DNA of 64,000 nt from positions 128,684-192,683 of the forward strand of contig CAYPCX010000001.1 of NCBI GenBank assembly GCA_964409365.1, given 5' to 3'. Both the position numbers and the translations under genes were made by a program. A model generated the notes under the pieces. The model was given only the letters and a program-made list of their open reading frames with translations, ran no database searches and was not told where the DNA came from. Source of the stretch: an uncultured Planctomycetia bacterium (GTDB taxonomy: Bacteria > Omnitrophota > Gorgyraeia > Tantalellales > Tantalellaceae). This document shows positions 28,092 to 38,060 of the stretch, piece after piece (the stretch's first letter is position 1; every line of letters starts with the position of its first letter).

Positions 28092-29099
28092 ATGGAACTG
28101 AAGAACGGTTACTTGAAAAGATGGATACAGACCTTTCTGATCGCGGCGATCACGGCAGGCCTCGTCTGGTTCATAAGGGATAACTGGCCGCTGATAAAGA
28201 AAATATTGATCATAAGGCCTTCATATGTAGCCCTTATAATGTCACTGCTCCTGATAGGAAGGGTCATGGCGGGTTTGAGGATAAAGCTTATCGTGGGGCT
28301 CTCGGGAGTGAAGCTCCGTTTCATGGAGTGGTTCGGCACCGCGGTCATCACCAATTTTTACAATTCGTTCTTTTTTAAAGGCGGGGTAGCCCTGACCGCC
28401 ATATACCTCAAGAACAACCATCGTCTGAATTATTCCAAGTATGTCAGCCTGACGATCGGTTCAATGAGCATGGTGGGCCTCTCGGCCGCTATTATAGGAA
28501 TAGCATGCAGTTTGTACGGGTACTTCAAGGGGGCTTTCGACCTTGCGCTCGCGGTGATCTTCGCCGTGATGCTTATCGGGGTGGTGATCGTGCTCCTTTT
28601 ACCGGGTATACGTTTTCCCCGGAAAAAGATCTTCAAGCTGCCGAATACGCTGTTCGAGTGCTGGGATGTGCTGCGCGGCGACAAAATAACGGTATTGAAA
28701 TTATTCATCCTTGAGACCACCGTGCTTTGCCTTTTCGCTTTAAGATATTATCTGACCTTCAAGATGTTCGAGATACCGGTGCCTTTTTATGTGTGCCTCA
28801 TCCTTTGCCCTTTTAACATAGTTACGAACGTCGTCAGCATAATACCCAACGCGTACGGGGTAAGGGAAGCGGTGGTAGGGTTCGCGTCCAAGCTGGCGGG
28901 GATAGGCTTCACCGGAGGCGTGATGGCCACGCTGGTGAACAGGGTGCTCATGATGATCGTGTCTTTTACGCTGACGCCGGTTTTCAGTTATTACCTGATG
29001 GGGAATTTCAAGGTGGGACCCGCCGCCGTGGACGCTGCCGGGAAAGCGGGCATATCGGAAGAAGAACCAGAAAAGGAATTTTGTTATGATGAACAGTAA
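28092..29099 (+). CDS. Polytopic membrane protein, MprF/lysylphosphatidylglycerol-synthase TM-region-like (flippase-like, UPF0104)
   Basis: At least 7 predicted TM segments. The N-terminal pattern (WIQTFLIAAITAGLVWFIRDNWPLIKKIL, positive-inside loops) resembles LPG_synthase_TM-family proteins. Start ATG 28092, 2 nt after the upstream stop. Confidence 0.45.
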   Translation: MELKNGYLKRWIQTFLIAAITAGLVWFIRDNWPLIKKILIIRPSYVALIMSLLLIGRVMAGLRIKLIVGLSGVKLRFMEWFGTAVITNFYNSFFFKGGVALTAIYLKNNHRLNYSKYVSLTIGSMSMVGLSAAIIGIACSLYGYFKGAFDLALAVIFAVMLIGVVIVLLLPGIRFPRKKIFKLPNTLFECWDVLRGDKITVLKLFILETTVLCLFALRYYLTFKMFEIPVPFYVCLILCPFNIVTNVVSIIPNAYGVREAVVGFASKLAGIGFTGGVMATLVNRVLMMIVSFTLTPVFSYYLMGNFKVGPAAVDAAGKAGISEEEPEKEFCYDEQ

Positions 29100-30621
29100 A
29101 GCGGTCTTTGTTTTTCTCTTTTTCGCGGCCCTGTACGCGGTTTTTTCGATAGGGCACTTCGGGGGCGACGGGTACCAGGACTACCTGATCGCGGAAAGCA
29201 TTGTCCTGGACGGGAACCTTTCGCTTTTTGACAGGCCGCAGGATAAGGATGACCTGGCATATGAGGCGGGATCCATCGGCAAGCGGGGCACGGACGGTAA
29301 GATCTATTCGTCGCGCAAGGGGTTCGGCGTGGCTTTTATACTCGTTCCTTTTTACCTGGCCGGCCACGTGGTGTCTTTCTTTTTCAAGGGAGTACCGCAT
29401 GATTACATTACGATGCTTTTTGTATCGTTCGCTAATCCGCTCATAACGGCGCTGAGCTGCATGATGGTGTTTTTCATAGCGGGCAGGCTGGGGTTCGGAT
29501 CGAGGCTTTCCGCATTATTGAGTTTAATCTACGGGCTTTCCACTATGGCGCCCGTGTACGCCAGGACGGGGTTCGGTGAACCTGTGATGGTCCTTTTCAT
29601 GCTGCTGGCGGTGCGCACCGCTCTTTGGTACGGCAAAGGCCCCGGCGTATACCGGATAGCTTTGACCGCGTTGTTGCTTTCGTGCATGTTCGTGTGCAAA
29701 ATATCGTCCCTTATATTCGTTCCGTGTTTTCTCGTATACGTGATATGGGTGATGAAAGGGGCGAAACTGTCCGTTTCCGCCCGGACGGGGCATTTTGTAT
29801 TGTTCTCGGGAGTGGTCCTTCTGGTGTTCTCCGCCATATTGGCGGCGAACTTTCTGCTGTTCGGCGACCCGTTCTCGTTCGGGGAGACAAAAGCTCTTTA
29901 TATCACGAAGAAAATAACCATGGCCCCGCACGTTATAAAGGGGTTTTATTATTACCTGGTAAGCACGGGCAAGGGGATGTTCCTCTATAACATACCTGTG
30001 ATACTGGCGTTATTAGCCGCGGGAAGGGCCTTCAAGGAAGATAAAAAAGCGGCGGTGCTTTTCCTTCTGATCTTCGCGGTGAACCTCCTGTTCTTCGCGA
30101 AGTCCTTCAGGCGGGGATCGCTTTTCAGCTGGGGCCCCAGGTATCTTTTACCGTCGGTTCCGCTTTTAGTGCTTCTTTCGGGGTATTTTCTGAGGGATAT
30201 CAGGGCAATGGCCCTGAAGGTCGCGGTCTTCCTGTCGGCGGCGGCGGGATTTCTTATAATGATACCCTGTATGCTGGTCAACCAGTCGAAATTCTATTTT
30301 TTCGTCGTCGAGAAACTGAAGCTTGAGGAATACATGATAAATTTCATGCCGGATCTTTGCCCTATAGGGGGTTCCTGGTGGATGCTTGTGAGCGGTATTG
30401 TTGAAAAGAGAGGGGGGGCGCCCCCGCTCTTTACGTACATGCCGGATTACCGGCTGGTCGAGCCGGTCAGTTCCGCCATGACAGGATACAACAACATGGA
30501 CCTGTGGTCCATCAAGGTGGCGAACCTGGCTCCTCAGTTCATGCCGTGCGTATACATATGCCTCGGCATACTGGGGGTCGTCGCGGCCTTTTCGTTCTAT
30601 AAAATAGTGTCCGAGAAATGA
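29086..30621 (+). CDS. Large polytopic membrane protein, putative GT-C-fold glycosyltransferase or polymerase
   Basis: 511 aa with more than 10 predicted TM helices and an N-terminal periplasmic-loop-like acidic segment (GHFGGDGYQDYLIAESIVLDGNLS). No precise family assignable by eye. Confidence 0.35.
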   Translation: MMNSKAVFVFLFFAALYAVFSIGHFGGDGYQDYLIAESIVLDGNLSLFDRPQDKDDLAYEAGSIGKRGTDGKIYSSRKGFGVAFILVPFYLAGHVVSFFFKGVPHDYITMLFVSFANPLITALSCMMVFFIAGRLGFGSRLSALLSLIYGLSTMAPVYARTGFGEPVMVLFMLLAVRTALWYGKGPGVYRIALTALLLSCMFVCKISSLIFVPCFLVYVIWVMKGAKLSVSARTGHFVLFSGVVLLVFSAILAANFLLFGDPFSFGETKALYITKKITMAPHVIKGFYYYLVSTGKGMFLYNIPVILALLAAGRAFKEDKKAAVLFLLIFAVNLLFFAKSFRRGSLFSWGPRYLLPSVPLLVLLSGYFLRDIRAMALKVAVFLSAAAGFLIMIPCMLVNQSKFYFFVVEKLKLEEYMINFMPDLCPIGGSWWMLVSGIVEKRGGAPPLFTYMPDYRLVEPVSSAMTGYNNMDLWSIKVANLAPQFMPCVYICLGILGVVAAFSFYKIVSEK

Positions 30622-31523
30622 AGATAGATATACTGGTGCTCAATTACAACGGTAAAGACCTCATGGAAGCTTATCTGCCCTCGGTATGCGAGGCCGCGGA
30701 GCGCTCCGCGCATGAGTGCGAGGTGCATGTAGTGGACAACCTGAGTTCCGACGGGAGCGCGAGGGTAGTGCGCGAGGGTTTTCCCGCGGTCCGGCTGCAC
30801 ATAGCCCGGGAGAACAGGGTATTGTGCTCGTACAACGAGGTGGTAAGGGACCTTTCGAGCGACGTGGTCATATTCCTGAACAACGATATCAAGGTAGAGC
30901 CGGATTTTGTGGACATACTCGTGGGGCATTTCGAGAAAGAGGACGTCATGTTCGCGGCGCCGCGCCTCATGAACTTCGACGGCACGTATAACGGGGGAAG
31001 GTCCTTCCTCAAGTTCGACAAGGGGGCCGTGAAGGTGATGGTCGACGAGGATAATTTCAAAAGGCCGGGCGGAACATGCGCCATATCGACAGGGGCGTTC
31101 AGACGAAGCGCGTTTCTGGATCTCGGAGGGTTTGATGACTTGTACCTCCCGGGCATATGGGAGGACGTGGATATATGTTTCAGGGGCCAGATCCTCGGAT
31201 GGAAAGGCGTGTATGAACCGGACAGCGTCATCTGGCATGACGAGTCTACCACTTTCCACAGGGAATACGGCAAGAAGGGCAAGATGAGGATAGCGCACAG
31301 GAATATGTTCCTTTTCTTCTGGAAGAACATAACCGACCCGGGTATGTTCGCGGGGCACCTGGTCTGGACGGTCCCGCGGGCCGCGGTGTTGGCGCTGAAA
31401 GGAAAAACAGAGATCATGGAAGGGCTTTTGATGGCCATAAGGCGCATGCCGCTTGTCATCGGGAAAAGGAAGCATCTAAAAAAGGAAAGCAGGATCAAAA
31501 GGGACAGGGACCTTATAGGATAA
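30618..31523 (+). CDS. Glycosyltransferase family 2
   Basis: IDILVLNYNGKDLMEAYLPS..VHVVDNLSSDGS..FLNNDIKVEPDF is a GT2 DxD domain. The 504-aa antisense ORF 30671..32185 is a shadow. Confidence 0.8.
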   Translation: MKIDILVLNYNGKDLMEAYLPSVCEAAERSAHECEVHVVDNLSSDGSARVVREGFPAVRLHIARENRVLCSYNEVVRDLSSDVVIFLNNDIKVEPDFVDILVGHFEKEDVMFAAPRLMNFDGTYNGGRSFLKFDKGAVKVMVDEDNFKRPGGTCAISTGAFRRSAFLDLGGFDDLYLPGIWEDVDICFRGQILGWKGVYEPDSVIWHDESTTFHREYGKKGKMRIAHRNMFLFFWKNITDPGMFAGHLVWTVPRAAVLALKGKTEIMEGLLMAIRRMPLVIGKRKHLKKESRIKRDRDLIG

Positions 31524-32227
31524 TGAAGATAACGATCCTTACAAGTGACATACTTGACGGTCTGGTGATATCCCAGCGCATCATTGACGCGGGGAAGGAT
31601 GTGAAGGCCATACTGTATGAGACTAAAAAAAAGACCTGGAAGGCGCTTCTCAAGCGCTTTCTGTATCTTTTGAAGGGCGAGATAAGGCATCTGGGCTACA
31701 GGGGCATGGCAAAGGCCAGGCCCGGGCTCAGGGTAGAAGAGGTAAGTGACATGAACTCCGGAAGGGCTAAAAAAGTCCTGGAGGAAGTAAAGCCGGACCT
31801 TATTGTCGTCGCCGGGACCGGGAAGCTGAAAAAAGAGATATACAGTTCGGCGGCGAAAGGCGCTATAAACATGCACTCGGGGATCCTTCCGTATTACAGA
31901 GGAGCCGATTCGGAGTTCTGGGCGCTTTACAACGGCGAGGCCGACAGGATAGGCGTCACGATACATTTCATAGACGAACGCCTCGACGCGGGGGACATGA
32001 TACTGCAGGAGAGGTTGAGGGTGGGGTCCCGCGATGATTTCAAGAAGCTGAGGATGAAGAACATATCCCTGGGAAGCCGTAAGATGGTGGAAGCTATCGA
32101 ACTTATCGAGAAGGAAGGGCACAAAAGGATGCCGCAGGACGAGAGCGTCGCGAGGACTTACAGGACGCATACAGCGAGAGACCAAGCCGTTTACCTGGAA
32201 AGGACGAGAACATGCGCAAAAAAGTAA
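31523..32227 (+). CDS. Formyltransferase-domain protein (sugar N-formyltransferase / Fmt-N-domain-like)
   Basis: AINMHSGILPYYRGADSEFWALYNGE..GVTIHFIDERLDAGDMI is the formyl_trans_N catalytic motif (HxSLLPxxRG, D). Only 234 aa, so no Fmt C-domain. Confidence 0.75.
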   Translation: MKITILTSDILDGLVISQRIIDAGKDVKAILYETKKKTWKALLKRFLYLLKGEIRHLGYRGMAKARPGLRVEEVSDMNSGRAKKVLEEVKPDLIVVAGTGKLKKEIYSSAAKGAINMHSGILPYYRGADSEFWALYNGEADRIGVTIHFIDERLDAGDMILQERLRVGSRDDFKKLRMKNISLGSRKMVEAIELIEKEGHKRMPQDESVARTYRTHTARDQAVYLERTRTCAKK

Positions 32228-33222
32228 GCGTGTTAAAGGAATTCGGTTTCGAAGGGCTGAAGGTCAGGGAGACCGTGGCGCAGGAGCCGACGATACTCAA
32301 AGGGGGCAGGCGCACCGGTTTTCCGAGCGACCTTTTCTGCCTGAGGATCGACGCGGACGAGTACAATAAAGAGGCATTCGAGGCTTACTATCCGGTTTTC
32401 GAGAGATACGCCGGCTGCATAACCATATTTTTTAACGGCAACTCTTTCAGGACGGCGACGGACCAGATATTAAGATGCAAGGCAACGGGGCTGGACGTCC
32501 AATCCCATTCTTTTTATCACTATATTTACAGCGATTATGAAAGCAACAGGCGTAATGTAGCCAAGGCCAGGGATTTTTTCAGCAGGCTGGGCATTGACAC
32601 GGTGGGTTTTGCCGCTCCGATGGGTTGGTGGAATCATGGCCTGATGAAGGCCCTGGAAGACGAGGGTTACGCGTATTCGTCGGATTTTTCCTACGACTAC
32701 ATGTCGCTGCCGAGTTACCCGAGGCTGGGAGAGGTGACTTCCAGGGTCCTGGAAATACCGGTGTTCCCGGTAGCCCCGGAGCTTTTCTGGGAGGGAAACG
32801 AGCCGGATGTGGGAGCTGTGTTCGAATATTACAAACAGGCTATAGATGAGATGGTCCGCTGCGGGGTGCCCGTGATAATCTATGCGCATACCAGTACCGG
32901 ACTTTCGGCCATACCGGGTCTTCTGGGAGCGATCTGCCGTTACGCGCTCGAGAGAAAACAACTGAGGCCTGCCACGATGACCGGTATCTACGAGGAATGG
33001 ACAAAGAAGGGCATGCAATGGTTCGCCGCCATCTCGGGAGAGAGAGAAGTGCCCGCCGTCCCGGAAGAGTTCATAGGCCGGGAGGTGAAGGTGCCTTTCT
33101 TTAAGTCGCTGAAAGAAAGTATCAAAAAAAGAATAGATTTCGAAAAGATAACGCCCTATGAAGAATTGGAGTGCGCCCTGCCGAAGAAGGTGATAAAATT
33201 ACTTGCCAGGAAGCTCACTTAA
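32212..33222 (+). CDS. Polysaccharide deacetylase (NodB / CE4 family)
   Basis: LRIDADEY (motif 1 DxD region) and DVQSHSFYHY (motif 2 H-S-x-x-H) are typical of NodB-homology deacetylases. Confidence 0.65.
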   Translation: MRKKVSVLKEFGFEGLKVRETVAQEPTILKGGRRTGFPSDLFCLRIDADEYNKEAFEAYYPVFERYAGCITIFFNGNSFRTATDQILRCKATGLDVQSHSFYHYIYSDYESNRRNVAKARDFFSRLGIDTVGFAAPMGWWNHGLMKALEDEGYAYSSDFSYDYMSLPSYPRLGEVTSRVLEIPVFPVAPELFWEGNEPDVGAVFEYYKQAIDEMVRCGVPVIIYAHTSTGLSAIPGLLGAICRYALERKQLRPATMTGIYEEWTKKGMQWFAAISGEREVPAVPEEFIGREVKVPFFKSLKESIKKRIDFEKITPYEELECALPKKVIKLLARKLT

Positions 33223-33252
33223 CGGGGGTCCAGCTTAAGGAGGTATGAGAAG

Positions 33253-34221
33253 ATGAAAAGTTTCTACAAGAGTAAAAGGGTCCTGGTGACGGGGGCCGAC
33301 GGTTTCATGGGGTCTCACCTGACGGAAAGGCTTCTCGATGAAGGGGCCAAAGTATCGGTATTCGTAAGAGGCAGTTCCACTTCCGGCACGACCCAGTATA
33401 CCCTGAAGAACCTTGAACGGGCGGAGAAAAAGCTCGATGATATACTGACCGGCGATATCGGTTCACCGGACGCGCGGGCCCTTGTGATGAAGAACAGGCC
33501 CGATATCGTTTTCCACCTGGCGGCGGACGCCTATGTGCCGAACTCTTTTGACCACCCGCTCGAGGTCATGGAGACCAATGTCATAGGCACGCTGAACATG
33601 CTGCACGCCGTCAAGGAATCGAAGACCATCAAGCGCGTGGTATGCACTTCCTCCAGCGAGATATACGGTATGACCATAGGGGGATCGATCGACGAGGAGC
33701 ACCCGCTTTACCCTTCTTCACCTTACGCGGCGAGCAAGGTAGCCGCCGACAGGTACTGTTATTCATACTGGAACACCTATCGCCTGCCGATCGCTATCGT
33801 GCGGCCTTTCAACACTTATGGCCCGAGGCATACTTACGACGTTATCCCGAAGTTCATCGACCTCGCCCTTTCGGACAAGCGGCTTACAGTGCACGGCAGC
33901 GGCAGGCAGTCGAGGGATTTTACTTATGTTGACGATATGATAGAGGCCTTTTTAGTTATGGGCAGGCACAAACGCGCCGTCGGCAAGGCGGTCAATTTTG
34001 GCACCGGTGAAGCGATCACGGTCAATTACATAGCCAGAAAGATCAAGCAGCTTTCCGGTTCCCGTTCGAGAATAGTGCATGTCGAGGACAGGAAGGCGCA
34101 GGTGCCGAAACTTCTTTGTGATTATTCACTCGCGAAAAAACTTTTCGGATGGAGGCCCAAAGTGTTCATAGACGAAGGACTCAGGAGGAACATAGAATGG
34201 GAAAAGGCGAACAGGCAGTAA
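33253..34221 (+). CDS. NAD-dependent epimerase/dehydratase (UDP-glucuronate decarboxylase / nucleotide-sugar 4,6-dehydratase-like)
   Basis: [20 protein letters not shown] Rossmann motif. [11 protein letters not shown] (YxxxK). 322 aa. Confidence 0.8.
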   Translation: MKSFYKSKRVLVTGADGFMGSHLTERLLDEGAKVSVFVRGSSTSGTTQYTLKNLERAEKKLDDILTGDIGSPDARALVMKNRPDIVFHLAADAYVPNSFDHPLEVMETNVIGTLNMLHAVKESKTIKRVVCTSSSEIYGMTIGGSIDEEHPLYPSSPYAASKVAADRYCYSYWNTYRLPIAIVRPFNTYGPRHTYDVIPKFIDLALSDKRLTVHGSGRQSRDFTYVDDMIEAFLVMGRHKRAVGKAVNFGTGEAITVNYIARKIKQLSGSRSRIVHVEDRKAQVPKLLCDYSLAKKLFGWRPKVFIDEGLRRNIEWEKANRQ

Positions 34222-34712
34222 AGATACACCCCACGGCCATAGTGTCGGAAGCGGCCAGGATAGGAGAAGGCACCGTTATCTGGGCCTATGCCCAGGTCAT
34301 GGAAGGCGCCAGGGTGGGCAAGAACTGCGTGCTGGGTAACGGCGTGTACGTTGACAGGAACGTCAGGATAGGCAATAACGTGAAAATACATAACAAATCC
34401 TGCATATACCACGGCAACGTTATAGAGGATAACGTTTTCATCGGCCCTCAAGTGTGCCTGGCGAACGACAGGTACCCGGCTCATGATACGACCAGGGACC
34501 TTAAGGGCGTGTCCTGGCGCGTGAAAAATGGGGCCTCGATAGGCGCGAACGTCACGGTCCTTCCTGACGTCAATATAGGTAAAAACTCTGTAATAGGAGC
34601 GGGTTCAGTGGTGACAAGGGACGTGCCGGACAATACGGTATGTTACGGCAACCCGGCCAAGGTAAAAGGTTCCGTGAAAAGAAGGACAAAAACCATCAGG
34701 AGAAAGAAATGA
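34197..34712 (+). CDS. Hexapeptide-repeat (left-handed beta-helix) sugar N-acetyltransferase
   Basis: Repeated [LIV]G-x4 hexapeptides ([45 protein letters not shown]). Start ATG 34197; the track ORF from 34149 is extended. Confidence 0.75.
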   Translation: MGKGEQAVKIHPTAIVSEAARIGEGTVIWAYAQVMEGARVGKNCVLGNGVYVDRNVRIGNNVKIHNKSCIYHGNVIEDNVFIGPQVCLANDRYPAHDTTRDLKGVSWRVKNGASIGANVTVLPDVNIGKNSVIGAGSVVTRDVPDNTVCYGNPAKVKGSVKRRTKTIRRKK

Positions 34713-35887
34713 AGATAATACCGGATAAGGTGGATGGTATAACCCTTGCAAGGGAATGGATGATAAATTCAGGGATACAGAACACCGAGGGTATCAACCG
34801 CGGCGGATTCAATTCCTGGTATGACACGGCGAGCGGAGATTATTCTTACGTATATTCCGAGATAACCGGGTACGGGATAACCACGCTTCTTTTTCTCGAG
34901 AAGATATATTCGGACAAGGAATACCTCAAGAGGGCGATCATCGCGGCCAACTGGCTTGCTTCACGGGCGGTCCACTCGATCGGCGGGGTAAAGACCAGGG
35001 ATTATATACAGGAAATGGAGGAGGCGCACCTTTATTCATTTGACAGCGAGAACATATACGCTTTTGATAACGCCATGGTCCTGTACGGGATGGTAAACCT
35101 TTACAAGCGGACGCAGGATAAGAAGTTCCTCGAGTTCTCCCTGTGGATGGGTGATTTCCTTGTGAAAAGGCTCAAAAAGGACGACGGTTCGTTCTACGCC
35201 GTTTACAACGCCGGTACCGGAGAGAAAGAGGACCGGACGGCGAAGTGGTCCACGCAGAGCGGGAGTTACCATGCAAAGATGGCGCTGGGGTTCATAGACC
35301 TTTTTGACGCCACGGGTATAAGTACTTACGGTGATGTTGCTTATGATCTCTGTAAGTGGAGCATGGAACAGCAGGATTTCTCCGGCAGGTTCATTACTTC
35401 CCGCGCGGATTCAAGCACGCATCTTCATCCGCATTGCTACACGGCGGCGGGGCTGCTTTACGCCGGGCTTTATTTCGGTGACGAGGGCTTTACCAGAAGC
35501 GCCGTGAAAGCCATGAAATGGGCGCTCGACAACGTCCGGTTGGACGGCGGGATACCCAAAATGTACGACGGCAGGCAATTCAACCGCAATTGCAGGACCG
35601 ATATCATGGCGCAGGTACTGCGGCTCGGCGTCATACTGTACCACAAGGGCAGGCTGGAAGAGGCCTACCGGCGCAAGTTAGACGCCCTGAGGAAGGCTCT
35701 TCTCAGACAGCAGTATCTCGGGGACGACAGCCAGAAGGGAGGGTTCTTTTACGGCGCCACCCTTGACGGCATAAAAAAGAAACATATCAATTCCTGGTGT
35801 TCGATGTTCGCCCTCCAGGCGCTCATCATGTACCAGGAGTATCTTGTGGAGAACAGGGAAATAGAAAAACTGGAGCTTTTTGTCTGA
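34709..35887 (+). CDS. Hypothetical protein (possible (alpha/alpha)6-barrel, AGE/glycoside-hydrolase-like fold)
   Basis: Soluble, 392 aa, aromatic-rich repeated helical hairpin pattern. No confident family. Start ATG 34709 overlaps the upstream stop (ATGA). Confidence 0.35.
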   Translation: MKIIPDKVDGITLAREWMINSGIQNTEGINRGGFNSWYDTASGDYSYVYSEITGYGITTLLFLEKIYSDKEYLKRAIIAANWLASRAVHSIGGVKTRDYIQEMEEAHLYSFDSENIYAFDNAMVLYGMVNLYKRTQDKKFLEFSLWMGDFLVKRLKKDDGSFYAVYNAGTGEKEDRTAKWSTQSGSYHAKMALGFIDLFDATGISTYGDVAYDLCKWSMEQQDFSGRFITSRADSSTHLHPHCYTAAGLLYAGLYFGDEGFTRSAVKAMKWALDNVRLDGGIPKMYDGRQFNRNCRTDIMAQVLRLGVILYHKGRLEEAYRRKLDALRKALLRQQYLGDDSQKGGFFYGATLDGIKKKHINSWCSMFALQALIMYQEYLVENREIEKLELFV

Positions 35888-37011
35888 TGAAGAAAAGAAA
35901 ATTAGCGTTCGTATTCGGCACGAGGCCTGAAATAATAAAACTGAGCTCGACCATCCGGGAATGCGTTGAAAAGAAAATAGATTTTTTTACCGTGCATACC
36001 GGACAGCATTACTCGCACAACATGTTCAAGCTCTTCCTTAACGAGCTTAAACTGCCGCGGCCGGACTTTAACCTTAACGTCAAGTCAAAGGCGCCGTACA
36101 GGCAGGGTGACCATACCGGCAGGATGATGGCCAGGCTCGAGGAGATATTCCTCAAAGAGAAGCCGACCGTCGTGCTTGTCCAGGGCGATACCAACACGGC
36201 GCTGGCCGGCGCGCTCACGACTTCCAAGATATCCACCACCAGGTCCTTTACCGGTTTTCACATAAGGCTCGCCCACGTGGAAGCCGGGCTGAGGAGCTAT
36301 GACAGGGGGATGCCGGAAGAGATCAACAGGGTAATATCCGACCACCTCTCCGATTATCTCTTCGCCCCGACCAGGAACGCGAAGGAAATAGCGCTCAGCG
36401 AAGGTATACCCGCGAAGAAGATATCGGTGACAGGGAACACTATAGTCGACGCAGTTCGGGAAGGCCTGTGGCTGGGCGAAAAAAAGGGAGATATCCTTTC
36501 AGGGTACGGCCTGAAAAAAGATTCGTACATGCTTCTCACTCTTCACAGGCAGGAGAACGTGGATAACAGGAAGCAGCTCATCAAGATACTGGCCGGCATC
36601 GAGAAGGTCGGCAAAAAACACAAACTGCCGGTCGTTTTTCCGATACATCCGCGCACAGTGAAGATGTTCAGGATATTCGATATCAAACCGCACGAAAGTA
36701 TACGTATCATAGAACCGTGCAGTTTCCTGGAGTTCCTCCGGCTGGAGGCCGGTGCACGGCTGATACTGACCGATTCAGGGGGTGTCCAGGAGGAGGGATG
36801 CGTGATGCGCGTCCCGTGCGTAACGCTCAGGAACTCCACGGAAAGGCCGGAGACGGTCGAAGTGGGCGCGAACGTGATCGCGGGAGTGGCCCCCAGGACG
36901 ATAGCCGCTTCCGTGGAGAATATGCTCGAAAAGAAAAGGAACTGGAGAAATCCGTTCGGCAACGGGGATTCCGGGAAAAAAATAATAAAGATACTGAAAA
37001 AAAGGGCGTGA
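35887..37011 (+). CDS. wecB: UDP-N-acetylglucosamine 2-epimerase (non-hydrolysing)
   Basis: LAFVFGTRPEIIKLS..VLVQGDTNTALAGAL..AHVEAGLRSYD..HPRT are WecB/MnaA signatures. Carries a ~12-aa insertion (TSKISTTRSFTGFHIR) ahead of the conserved HVEAGLR block. Start ATG 35887 overlaps the upstream stop. Confidence 0.85.
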   Translation: MKKRKLAFVFGTRPEIIKLSSTIRECVEKKIDFFTVHTGQHYSHNMFKLFLNELKLPRPDFNLNVKSKAPYRQGDHTGRMMARLEEIFLKEKPTVVLVQGDTNTALAGALTTSKISTTRSFTGFHIRLAHVEAGLRSYDRGMPEEINRVISDHLSDYLFAPTRNAKEIALSEGIPAKKISVTGNTIVDAVREGLWLGEKKGDILSGYGLKKDSYMLLTLHRQENVDNRKQLIKILAGIEKVGKKHKLPVVFPIHPRTVKMFRIFDIKPHESIRIIEPCSFLEFLRLEAGARLILTDSGGVQEEGCVMRVPCVTLRNSTERPETVEVGANVIAGVAPRTIAASVENMLEKKRNWRNPFGNGDSGKKIIKILKKRA

Positions 37012-38060
37012 GTTTTAAGGTGAAGGTGGCTTTTTTCGTATATCCGTCGGCGTTCCAGAACAGGGGAGGAGGGGAAATACTTCTCGAGAAGACGGAAGAA
37101 TACCTGCTCAAGAAAGGCGTCGATATCGGCAGGTTCGATATGTGGAGCGACTCGATCGCCGATTTCGATATACTCCACGTGTTCGGTTCAGTGAAAGATT
37201 GTCTTGCGTTAATGCAGGTAGCCAGTTCCCGGGGAGTCAAGGTGGTGCTCGAATCCATCTTCTGGTCGGATCTCAGGAGGGCGTTCTATGAGGAAGCGGG
37301 TACGCTCAAAAGGGCCGAGATGATCGCCAGGCACCTTGTGAAAAGCCTTATCCCGGCTTTCCCGTCTTCCAGGCGGAAGATGTTCACGGTCTCGGATATC
37401 ATATTCCCGAACTCCGAGAACGAGGCGAAGCAGATATCGCGTCTTTTCGCCGTGCCGATGGATAAGATGTTCGTCGTACCCAACGGGGTCGACAAAGCGT
37501 TCGCGGATGCCACGCCGGAAGCTTTCCTGGAGAAATACGGCCTGGAGGATTTCGTCCTTTCCGTGGGAAGGATAGAGCCGAGAAAGAACCAGCTGAACCT
37601 TATAAGGGCCATGAAGGGGATAGACAGGGACCTTGTGCTTATAGGCGATATCGTGTCCGGTTATGAGTGGTACCATAAGAGGTGCATGGAAGAGGCGGAC
37701 CACCACGTACATTTTATAAAGGCTTTTGACCACCGGTCGGATCTTCTGCGGTCGGCATACGCGGCCTGTGACCTGTTCGTCCTGCCGGGATGGTTCGAGA
37801 CGCCCGGCCTGGCGGCCCTGGAAGCGGCCCTGGCCGGGGCGAAGGTAGTAGCTACCGACGGCGGGAGCACGCGGGAATATTTTCACGACAAGGTGGATTA
37901 TATCAGGCCGAACGACCCCGCGGACATACGCGACAAGATACGTAAAGCACTGGACCGCGGAAAGGATAATGAACTCAGGGAACTGGTCAGGGGATCATAT
38001 ACATGGGACAAGGTAGCTGAAAAAATAATAGAAGGGTACGCAATGGTGCTGAAAAAATGA
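37008..38060 (+). CDS. Glycosyltransferase family 4 (GTG start)
   Basis: C-terminal GT4 block FVLPGWFETPGLAALEAALAGAKVVATDGGSTREYF. There is no in-frame ATG until well inside the conserved domain, so a GTG at 37008 overlapping the wecB stop (gTGa) is proposed. The 98-aa upstream extension in the track (from 36717) overlaps wecB and is rejected. Confidence 0.65.
   Translation: MSFKVKVAFFVYPSAFQNRGGGEILLEKTEEYLLKKGVDIGRFDMWSDSIADFDILHVFGSVKDCLALMQVASSRGVKVVLESIFWSDLRRAFYEEAGTLKRAEMIARHLVKSLIPAFPSSRRKMFTVSDIIFPNSENEAKQISRLFAVPMDKMFVVPNGVDKAFADATPEAFLEKYGLEDFVLSVGRIEPRKNQLNLIRAMKGIDRDLVLIGDIVSGYEWYHKRCMEEADHHVHFIKAFDHRSDLLRSAYAACDLFVLPGWFETPGLAALEAALAGAKVVATDGGSTREYFHDKVDYIRPNDPADIRDKIRKALDRGKDNELRELVRGSYTWDKVAEKIIEGYAMVLKK

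Noticed and set aside
30671-32185. 504-aa ORF on the minus strand, the longest antisense ORF in the track
   Set aside because: It lies entirely antisense to two well-supported + strand genes (the GT2 at 30618-31523 and the formyltransferase at 31523-32227). Its translation is low-complexity and Arg/Pro/His-rich with no recognisable domain. Such shadow ORFs are expected in GC-rich coding DNA.
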